A DNA stretch of 63,266 nt, filler included. It is 6 parts of 6 records of this genome, joined end to end, with 100 filler letters (N's around TTAATTAATTAA, not from the genome) between each part and the next. Parts side by side here need not be neighbours in the genome. Positions count along the whole stretch, not along the records: positions 52,471 to 63,266 come from SRR2962707_3575; 5 more parts are not named here. One strand, given 5' to 3'. The notes beneath the pieces were generated by a model. It did not search any database. It was given only the letters and a program-made list of their open reading frames with translations, and had not been told where the DNA came from. The translations under genes were made by a program, and so were the position numbers. Positions 56,218 to 63,266 of this stretch are shown here, in pieces. Position 1 is the stretch's first letter, and every line of letters starts with the position of its first letter.

Positions 56218-57573
56218 ATGATTTACCGACTTTTCTTTTTGCTTTGCATCGTGTCATGCGCTGCACAACCCACGGATTTCACTGCCGATCAGGTGCGTGA
56301 AGACCTGGAATACCTTCATACACAGCTTCAAACTTATCACCCCGGTTTGTATCGATATACCTCAAAGGATTCGATGGATTACTTCTTTGCTGAGGCTATT
56401 AGCAATCAATCCGGATTGAGCGGATTCGAGCTGTACGAACGGATTACCTTCCTGTTGAGCAAGGTTCGATGCGGACACACCCGTTCGCAGATGTCAGATG
56501 ACATGAGGACGCGGTTTGATTCAAGTGAGGTGGTACTGCCTTTCACCATAAAGCTGTTGGGTGACAAAACCTATATCAATCGTACCCTTGACGAAGCACT
56601 CGAGCCTGGCATGGAACTCCTGAGTATCAATGGGAGGTCGATGGCTGAGATAAAACCGATCATTTACAGCCATCAATCCTCAGATGGATTCATAACGGCA
56701 GGCAAAGAACGACTGACGGAATTCGCCTTTGAGATTTACTATCAATTGTATGTGGACAGGGGCAGCAAGTCCTATTCACTCAGTGTGAGAAAGGCCGATC
56801 AGGCTGTTCAGAAGATTGATGTTGAAGGCGTCACAGTCGGGTCGATTGATCCCATTCGAAATCAGTACCCCAACCAAAAGCTACTGGTTTTGGAACATCG
56901 GGACGACTACAGCTACATGCGCATCAGGACATTTGGGAGCAGCTCACTTAATAGTGCAGGAGAAAATTATGAGCGGTTTTTAAGGAACAGTTTTAAAGAT
57001 TTGAAAGAGCGTGGAGTGAAAGACCTTGTGCTCGATCTGCGAGGCAATGGCGGAGGAAGGGACAATTACGGTGCGTTGCTGGTGAGCTACCTGGCACCCA
57101 GGCCATTTGGCTATTTCGACAACATCCAGGTGACAGAAAATTATGGAGGCAGGTCTACCGAAAGGAATGGATTGCACTACATGACTTACCATGATGGACT
57201 GGATGTATGGGACCCACAGCAGGACAGCTTCGATGGAGATGTGTATGTCCTCACGGATGGCTTTAGCTTCTCGACGTGTGCCGATGTGGCGACCGTATTG
57301 CATCACAATGGGTGGGCCACTTTCATAGGGCAAGAGACCGGAGGAGGTTACGACGGCAACACCAGTGGTGACACCCGGACGGTCAAACTGCCAAACTCCA
57401 ACGTCACGATCAACATTCCCATGTGGATGTACACCACGGCGAACGTAGGCCACAGGTATCCCGGCAGAGGAGTAATTCCCGATCATGAAGTGATAGCGAC
57501 CTGGGAGGCGTATGAAGTGGAAAGAGATGAGGTGCTGGAGAAAGCGGAGGAGTTAGTAGAAAGTAGAAAGTAG
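56218..57573 (+). CDS. S41 family peptidase (lipoprotein)
   Basis: HPGLYRY, CGHT, LVLDLRGNGGG, SFS, IGQETGG, GRGVIPD. Confidence 0.9.
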   Translation: MIYRLFFLLCIVSCAAQPTDFTADQVREDLEYLHTQLQTYHPGLYRYTSKDSMDYFFAEAISNQSGLSGFELYERITFLLSKVRCGHTRSQMSDDMRTRFDSSEVVLPFTIKLLGDKTYINRTLDEALEPGMELLSINGRSMAEIKPIIYSHQSSDGFITAGKERLTEFAFEIYYQLYVDRGSKSYSLSVRKADQAVQKIDVEGVTVGSIDPIRNQYPNQKLLVLEHRDDYSYMRIRTFGSSSLNSAGENYERFLRNSFKDLKERGVKDLVLDLRGNGGGRDNYGALLVSYLAPRPFGYFDNIQVTENYGGRSTERNGLHYMTYHDGLDVWDPQQDSFDGDVYVLTDGFSFSTCADVATVLHHNGWATFIGQETGGGYDGNTSGDTRTVKLPNSNVTINIPMWMYTTANVGHRYPGRGVIPDHEVIATWEAYEVERDEVLEKAEELVESRK

Positions 57574-57610
57574 ATAGTAGATAGGAGTTAGGAGATAGTA
57601 GATAGGAGTA
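57549..57610 (+). repeat. 7-nt-period purine-rich tract overlapping the gene end
   Basis: agttagt agaaagt agaaagt agatagt agatagg agttagg agatagt agatagg. Confidence 0.8.
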
Positions 57611-57614
57611 TGTT

Positions 57615-58355
57615 TCATCGGTACCTTTTCAAGATGATCTTGTTTTCGAAGATATCAAAGCATCCACGAGATCGACCGTTGCTAAAAAGTACCACTTTAT
57701 GATTGTCACCTGTCGTAATAACTCTTGGGTTGTATGTCCAGATGTTTTCATTTGCAATAGTGTCAATTGGGACAAGAAGCTTGTTTTTTATAGCGGCAAC
57801 AACGGTATATTGATTACCAGCTACAATGTGATATAGTTCATTCTCAAAGGGAAAACTAGCCATTACCATTACACCAATTGAATCTGTCAATTGAATAGTT
57901 CCTTTTGATGACTTGGATTCAAAGTCGCCCACATAGAAGAATTTTTTCAGTCCCTTTCTTCTTGGTTTAGGAGGTGTAAAGATTTCCATTTGGGTTGGGT
58001 CAGTGATTTCAATTACTTGGCAATATCCAGAAAGATGCGCTAAAGTATTTGTGACTATATATTTCCCATCTATTTTATTTACTACTACTGGACAAGTTGA
58101 TTGGCATCCATATTCAATGCCTGTTTGAATGTCCTTAAACCATATGGATCCACCCCATTCACCACTACAGGTTTTTCTCACAGTAAAGGATTCATCTTTG
58201 AATAGAAGAGAGTCACTATAGCCTTGATATTGCTGATATAGTTTACCGTAATCATCGATATATACCTCGCTGATTTCAAAGGGGCTTCTTTTTTGAAATT
58301 GCAAACAATTAGAAATGAGTATTACGATGTAAACCAAAGAAATAGGAGCATACAT
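57615..58355 (-). CDS. Hypothetical AT-rich protein
   Basis: 246-aa ORF; GEWGG and LAHL motifs; hydrophobic N-terminus. Confidence 0.7.
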   Translation of the reverse strand: MYAPISLVYIVILISNCLQFQKRSPFEISEVYIDDYGKLYQQYQGYSDSLLFKDESFTVRKTCSGEWGGSIWFKDIQTGIEYGCQSTCPVVVNKIDGKYIVTNTLAHLSGYCQVIEITDPTQMEIFTPPKPRRKGLKKFFYVGDFESKSSKGTIQLTDSIGVMVMASFPFENELYHIVAGNQYTVVAAIKNKLLVPIDTIANENIWTYNPRVITTGDNHKVVLFSNGRSRGCFDIFENKIILKRYR

Positions 58356-58378
58356 AATCCTAATTTACTAATTACTTA

Positions 58379-59011
58379 CTACTGACTTCTGTCTCCTGAA
58401 TTCTTACTCCTATCTCCTTCAACTCTTTCCCTTAATCCCTTCAATGTCCGAAAGGGCAGTTCCACGATGGACTGGTTGGCGAGCCAGGCTGGTACATTTT
58501 CACCGGGTTCGGAGTGAAAGACGTATTCAATTTCTGTATGGTCATCGATGGTTCGAAGCAGGATGTATCCTTCCGCTTTTTTCATTCTGACGATTCCTTT
58601 TATCTCGGGAAGGTAATCCGGTAAGCCTACAAGCGATACTCTGGTTTCCATCGAGTTGGTGCTGTCTATCGACATGCGGTAAGTCATGTCCCGGTTTTTG
58701 AATGGCCATGGAAAGATCGTTTCTACATAGTTGTACTGCACGTTGTTCTCCCGATCCAGCAGCCGAGACGATTTCGTAAAACCATACCACTCAACATAAT
58801 TGTCAGCATGTTGCAGAATGGCAATTATTTCCGGAACAGAAGCATCAAGCTGCGTGATAGCTTTGAAGGATTTGAAATCCGAACCTTGTTCTTTTCTGGT
58901 GTAAACCTTAATGCCGTTTTCATCCTTATCGATTTCCCAGGATGTTTGGGCCAGGGCTGCATTGGCAAACCCAGCCAACACCCCAAATACATAGAGTTGA
59001 ATTAGTCGCAT
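58379..59011 (-). CDS. START domain lipid-binding protein (secreted)
   Basis: W...KDENGIKVY, FKA, FPWPFKNRD, EPGENVPAWLAN. Confidence 0.88.
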   Translation of the reverse strand: MRLIQLYVFGVLAGFANAALAQTSWEIDKDENGIKVYTRKEQGSDFKSFKAITQLDASVPEIIAILQHADNYVEWYGFTKSSRLLDRENNVQYNYVETIFPWPFKNRDMTYRMSIDSTNSMETRVSLVGLPDYLPEIKGIVRMKKAEGYILLRTIDDHTEIEYVFHSEPGENVPAWLANQSIVELPFRTLKGLRERVEGDRSKNSGDRSQ

Positions 59012-59013
59012 GG

Positions 59014-59424
59014 CTAAATAATTCCTTCTTTGGTTCTGAATAACCTGTAGAAATAGTAGAGGAACAAGACCGAAAAGATGAAGTCACCAATGATCACCAC
59101 GAAGACGATTGACTCGGCCAGACCTGCCTGGTAGAATTTCAGCAAGGAGATGGCGAACCCGACCTTTCCAATACCTCCGACTATGACTATGCCTGTGTGC
59201 TTCAAAGGATTGTACGCCACAATGGAGTATCCGATGAAATACACCAGTGTAGTGCCCCAGGCACCCTGGTAGATGGAATAATAAAGCGGGTCGGTCAGCT
59301 CCCTTCCAAAAAATCCCTGGAAGGTATACGCTGTATTGAAGTAGCCGTAAATAGCTCCAACCATGTTCCAGAGCGCTGAAACGAGGAAAAGAACCCTGAA
59401 AAATGTGATTTCTGATTTCTGCAT
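59014..59424 (-). CDS. Four-TM membrane protein
   Basis: ALWN, FIGY, GGIGK, GDFIF with hydrophobic helices. Confidence 0.8.
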   Translation of the reverse strand: MQKSEITFFRVLFLVSALWNMVGAIYGYFNTAYTFQGFFGRELTDPLYYSIYQGAWGTTLVYFIGYSIVAYNPLKHTGIVIVGGIGKVGFAISLLKFYQAGLAESIVFVVIIGDFIFSVLFLYYFYRLFRTKEGII

Positions 59425-59485
59425 GGCAATAGATTTAGTGTTAAAAACGCTATTGCAAATAGATGTCGGGGCAACATCTTATGCA

Positions 59486-59499
59486 TTTACATATGTAAA
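59486..59499. promoter_or_regulatory. Perfect palindrome, candidate operator of the adjacent Crp/Fnr regulator
   Basis: TTTACATATGTAAA immediately after the Crp/Fnr stop and upstream of the membrane/START genes. Confidence 0.6.
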
Positions 59500-59505
59500 G
59501 AAATG

Positions 59506-60078
59506 CTATCGAGACATTTTGTTTCTGATCCTGCTCAGCTGTGTGGCGCTGATGCCAAGGTAGGAGGCGATGTGATATTGGGGGATTTCCAATTCTATGC
59601 CGGGATATTCTTCCCTAAGGATTAAATAGCGTTTCTCTGCATCCAACATGGCCATTTCGATTTCCTTCTTTTCGTTCATGAGGAAGTAGTTTTCCGCAAT
59701 CATTCTTCTGAGCCGCTCGATCTCGTAATTCCCCTCCGACAGTGCTTCAATTTTCTCAAACGATGCTTTCCAGATCTTGCATTCTGTCAGCGCTTGCTGG
59801 GCTACCTGATTTGGTTGTTTGCTGATCAGGGAAGCATACGACCCGATGATGGTGGGAGCGGAAAAGAAGGTTTTGTTGTATTCTTTCCCCTCGCTGTTGA
59901 TGTAATACGCCCTGAGAATGCCGGACTCCAGAAAAGCAATTTCCCGTGCATACTGCCCTTTTTTGATGAAATAGTCCCCTTTCTTTAATTCATCGTAGGC
60001 AAATACCTCACCCATCAAAAGCAAGGTCTTTTCCGACAAGGGGATGATTTTGCTGAAAAATGAGATGATGTTTTCCAC
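59506..60078 (-). CDS. Crp/Fnr family transcriptional regulator
   Basis: GILRAYY..GKE, AEKRY, IPQYHIASYLGISATQLSRIR. Confidence 0.93.
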   Translation of the reverse strand: MENIISFFSKIIPLSEKTLLLMGEVFAYDELKKGDYFIKKGQYAREIAFLESGILRAYYINSEGKEYNKTFFSAPTIIGSYASLISKQPNQVAQQALTECKIWKASFEKIEALSEGNYEIERLRRMIAENYFLMNEKKEIEMAMLDAEKRYLILREEYPGIELEIPQYHIASYLGISATQLSRIRNKMSR

Positions 60079-60162
60079 CGGGATGAATCAGGATTATGAA
60101 CCAACAGCAATATAAATCAAACCTGCCATCGGATTAGAATAGGAACATGGTCGATTATGAAC

Positions 60163-60399
60163 TGTAACCAATCGGGTAGTGGCTGTAACCTTCAGGTTAG
60201 CTTCTGTAACCAACCCGGCATCCAATATAACCAACCGGTTAGGGGCTGTAACCTTGTGGGAATCCATTATAACCTTGAGGGTATTGTCTGTAACCTTGAG
60301 GGGATCGGCTATAACCTTCCGGTTACTGCCTATAACCTATCGGTTGGCTGCTGTAACCATGTGGGGATGGGTTGTGACCTGGGGGTGGAGATTGTAACC
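60163..60399. repeat. 21-nt-period degenerate tandem array A (12 units, core TRTAACC)
   Basis: Core at 60163, 60184, 60205, 60226, 60247, 60268, 60289, 60310, 60331, 60352, 60373 and 60393. Confidence 0.93.
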
Positions 60400-60467
60400 G
60401 GAGTTAGGCGTTTTCTACTCTAACTTCTTTTCTTGTATTCTACTTCCTTCCTTCTGTCTCCTGATTT

Positions 60468-60809
60468 CTAAATTCTATCTCCTAACTCCACTTTCCCCAT
60501 CAACTCCCGATACATTTCCATTGCGGCTTGTCTGGCTGTGTCATGATCTTCCAATACTACTTTCTCGGCTGCTGTATCGATGGCAGCATAGTACCACTCC
60601 CACAAAGCATCCGTGCGCTCCTTTACACCTGCCAACGTGAGTATGACCTGACCCAGATCGGGCTGATAGAGCGAGGTATCGAACCCAGCTTTGTCAAGTG
60701 TGGCGGTGAACCGTGTCCCTTGCAGTTCTTTTTGGATAAGGAAAAGGAGGAGGTCTTCAGTGGGTGGGAGGTGGAAGAAAGGGTCGAAATGGGAAGGGAT
60801 TGTAGACAT
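60468..60809 (-). CDS. Hypothetical protein divergent from the XRE regulator
   Basis: 113-aa helical ORF (LLFLIQKEL...LDKAGFD...DLGQVIL). Confidence 0.75.
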   Translation of the reverse strand: MSTIPSHFDPFFHLPPTEDLLLFLIQKELQGTRFTATLDKAGFDTSLYQPDLGQVILTLAGVKERTDALWEWYYAAIDTAAEKVVLEDHDTARQAAMEMYRELMGKVELGDRI

Positions 60810-60831
60810 TTTCTTTTTAGAGGTTATTATT

Positions 60832-60941
60832 TTCCGAAAATCGGAATAAATATACATTCAGGATGTTAATATTTTATTATAGTGTTCCGAAAATCAGAAA
60901 ACTTGTTCCTGTCATCTAGTTTTATTGTCCGAAAATCGGAA
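60832..60941. promoter_or_regulatory. Three copies of the palindromic operator TTCCGA-AAA-TCGGAA
   Basis: 60832-60846 perfect; 60885-60899 and 60927-60941 with one mismatch each. Confidence 0.85.
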
Positions 60942-60945
60942 AGAA

Positions 60946-61161
60946 ATGACACGACTAGGAACGTACTTGGCAAAGAGATCTGTGAATAGATCAGAAGTCT
61001 CTCGTAAGACTGGAATACATAATACAAGGATCAGCGAACTAGTAAATAATGACAAGACCTTTTTGAAGGCTGACGAGCTTTACCTCATTGCATTAGCGAT
61101 TAATGTCGACCCGGGCGATATGCTAAAAGAGCTGTGTGGGCATTTGGCGTTGGGGGAGTAG
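60946..61161 (+). CDS. XRE/Cro-like helix-turn-helix regulator
   Basis: SVNRSEVSRKTGIHNTRISELVN...LKADELYLIALAI. Confidence 0.88.
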   Translation: MTRLGTYLAKRSVNRSEVSRKTGIHNTRISELVNNDKTFLKADELYLIALAINVDPGDMLKELCGHLALGE

Positions 61162-61165
61162 GGAT

Positions 61166-62590
61166 CTAATTTTTCTCTTGAGTTGCATCTAAAACATCGT
61201 CAACTCCTTCTGCTTCCTTGTTAAGAATATTTTTTTGTTTTTCATCCAGGATTCTCGATAGTTTACCTAAACCAGGAATGCTTGATAGCTTATCAACGGC
61301 TCTGGATAGTTTGGCACTTTTATCTAGGGCATCCATAAGCGGATGATCTGACTTATTGTAATCTGATATAAGTTTTCCTGGATTTTCAGAACTGACTTCT
61401 AACAAATTGAAAAGAAGTTTTATTCGTAATTCATCTGACATTTCATAATCATGATCCTCCAACTTTTCTACCTGTCTTGATAATCCCTCATATGTTTTGC
61501 TAAGAACTTCTTTGTGAGTGTATTCTTCAATAAGACGTTTAGAGAGATTCAATTTTTTGTTGGCTGAATATGCCAGCCATAGGACTGGTATATACAATGG
61601 AAAGATTGAAACGGCTATTCTTGGTAACTCATAAATCACTTCTAAGACTTCCTTACCATCATATAATAACCAAATACTTACTACAAATGGAATAAGTGAA
61701 ACAAATATTAATCCAATTATTCCCAGATTGAATCTCTTAGTGAGCTTCTTGCTTTCTTTTTCCTCAATCTCTTTTTTGTCAGAATAAGCACTACTTAAAC
61801 CAGCAGTTAGTGCACTTGGTAACAATGATTCTATCTCGATTTTGATTTTCGAGATTTGTGAATTCCAATTTGCAATCTTATTATCAAATGCCTTTGTCTT
61901 ATCTTCCAATAATTGAGCGTACTTATTGTTAGTTTCGTCATCTAATTTTTGGAAATTACTATCAAGATTTCTTAAGCTTTCCTCCAACTCACTATAAGAT
62001 TCTTCGAGTTGATCTTTTAAACCCTCTACTTTTTGATTTTCTTCTCCTTCATCTCCTTCCAATTCATAACCGAAGATTTCATCATGCAGGTTATCTATTT
62101 CTTGTTTTTTGGAAATAGCATTTTTATGAAGGGTGCCTATTTTGGATGCAGAATCTGAGGCTTGATCGAATAAGCTGTCGAGATTATCAATTTTATCAGA
62201 CAGCTCATCTTTTTGATCGAAAGTACTCTCAAAAACCTGAATTTGATTTTCAATTTCTTCCCTTTTTTGAATTAGCTCATCTAATTCTCTTTTTAATGAC
62301 TGAGAGTTTTCATCTGAAGAGATTTTTAAATGTGATATTTCTGTATCAAATCTTTTAGCTACTGATTTGATCTTTCTGATTTCTTCTAAAAGCTCTTTCG
62401 ATTCTTGCAGGTAAGATTCAGTCTCATTTCTTGCTTCGCTACTTCTATTCCTGAATTCAGAGGCTTTCTTGGATGATTGTTTTGCTTCTTTCTCAAAATC
62501 AGAAGTCTTTTTATTTATTGCCTCTTCTAGTTCAGTAACTTTTTGCCAAAGTTTTTGACGTTCCTCCTCTAAATATTGTAATTGATCCAT
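61166..62590 (-). CDS. Long coiled-coil protein with two C-terminal TM helices, function unknown
   Basis: About 285 aa of E/K/Q-rich heptads, two hydrophobic helices, then RLIEEYTHKEVLSKTYEG; visibly AT-rich. Confidence 0.85.
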   Translation of the reverse strand: MDQLQYLEEERQKLWQKVTELEEAINKKTSDFEKEAKQSSKKASEFRNRSSEARNETESYLQESKELLEEIRKIKSVAKRFDTEISHLKISSDENSQSLKRELDELIQKREEIENQIQVFESTFDQKDELSDKIDNLDSLFDQASDSASKIGTLHKNAISKKQEIDNLHDEIFGYELEGDEGEENQKVEGLKDQLEESYSELEESLRNLDSNFQKLDDETNNKYAQLLEDKTKAFDNKIANWNSQISKIKIEIESLLPSALTAGLSSAYSDKKEIEEKESKKLTKRFNLGIIGLIFVSLIPFVVSIWLLYDGKEVLEVIYELPRIAVSIFPLYIPVLWLAYSANKKLNLSKRLIEEYTHKEVLSKTYEGLSRQVEKLEDHDYEMSDELRIKLLFNLLEVSSENPGKLISDYNKSDHPLMDALDKSAKLSRAVDKLSSIPGLGKLSRILDEKQKNILNKEAEGVDDVLDATQEKN

Positions 62591-62626
62591 GATGCGAAAT
62601 ATTGCGGTGACGTAATTGCATTAAAT

Positions 62627-62634
62627 CAAATATA
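62627..62634 (-). promoter_or_regulatory. Bacteroidota -7 promoter element
   Basis: TATATTTG on the minus strand, about 37 nt upstream of the coiled-coil gene start. Confidence 0.5.
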
Positions 62635-62704
62635 CCTAATCAACTCCTTAAATCCCTCTTACCGCATCAAGGTGTAAGTAGTGGTGTTTCAAGCCTGCGT
62701 TCTC

Positions 62705-62980
62705 TGTTGGACATTGCATGCCACCAGTTACCCCTTGCAGGCTATCGGTTGGATACTGCAAGCCGTCAGTTGCTCATTGCTTGCCACCGGTTACTCTTTG
62801 CATGCTATAGGTTGGACGCTACATGCCATCGGTTACTCCTTGCATGTCTTCGGTTGGATACTGCATGCTTCCGGTTACTCATTGAATGCTATCGGTTAGA
62901 CACTGCAAGCTGCCGGTTGATCTCTGCATGCTCCCGGTTAATCACTGCATGCTATCAGTTGGATGTTGCATGCTTTAGTT
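62705..62980. repeat. 21-nt-period degenerate tandem array B (13-14 units, RGTTRN-N4-TGCATGC-N4)
   Basis: GTT core at 62706, 62727, 62748 and every 21 nt to 62958, then 62978. Confidence 0.93.
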
Positions 62981-63004
62981 TCGAGATTCTTCATTGCAAA
63001 GCCG

Positions 63005-63266
63005 CAACTTTGAACTCTCAACTTTGAACATCCTACCAAACATGAGATTCTTCGTTGCTCTCAGAATGACAACCCGAAACAAGTTCGTTGGGTTACAACT
63101 TTGAACTATCAACTTTGAACATTCTACAAATCATGAGATTCTTCGTTGCTCTCAGGATGACACTCCGAAACCAATTCACCAGTAACCAGCAAACCAGCAA
63201 CTTTGAACTCTCAACTTTGAACATCTTACAAAATTTTGAGATCCTTCGCTATGCTCAGGATGACAC
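63005..63266. repeat. Three composite tandem repeats (starts 63005, 63096, 63198) with a REP-like half
   Basis: (CAACTTTGAAC)x2 + GAGATTCTTCGTTGCTCTCAGRATGACA, followed by variable linkers. Confidence 0.9.

Noticed and set aside
60163-60399. CRISPR array
   Set aside because: The conserved core is only about 7 nt with a 21-nt period; the variable parts resemble each other; no cas genes.
63005-63266. CRISPR array
   Set aside because: Repeats of about 65-75 nt are too long and internally composite; linkers are short and unequal.

Overview
The window is not one locus. It is six unrelated contigs joined by 100-nt artificial spacers (44 N + TTAATTAATTAA + 44 N). Contigs 1-3 (1-6246, 6347-15251, 15352-25374) are eukaryotic, most likely a protist, with short GT-AG introns and microsatellite ends. 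They carry a five-exon PAS-like/histidine kinase/receiver/degenerate nucleotide cyclase/SAM gene, a large coiled-coil plus propeller-like gene, a His-rich secreted repeat protein, an ARM + M14D cytosolic carboxypeptidase (CCP1/Nna1-like) and a DOPA-4,5-dioxygenase-like gene. Contig 4 (25475-38398) is Bacteroidota-like: metal ABC permease, apt, CzcA-TolC fusion efflux, PLP decarboxylase and an ABC permease. Contig 5 (38499-52370) is GC-rich alphaproteobacterial (Devosia-like, by inference): petAB, trmL, hemF, cca, NUDIX genes, a GNAT gene with a candidate leader-peptide attenuator, and an accessory ABC/RraA/dld/gamma-CA block. Contig 6 (52471-63266) is Bacteroidota-like. It ends in an unusual module: two related 21-nt-period arrays bracket a divergent hypothetical/XRE pair with three phased palindromic operators and an AT-rich coiled-coil membrane gene, followed by composite REP-like repeats. 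All calls come from reading motifs by eye; no database searches were run.
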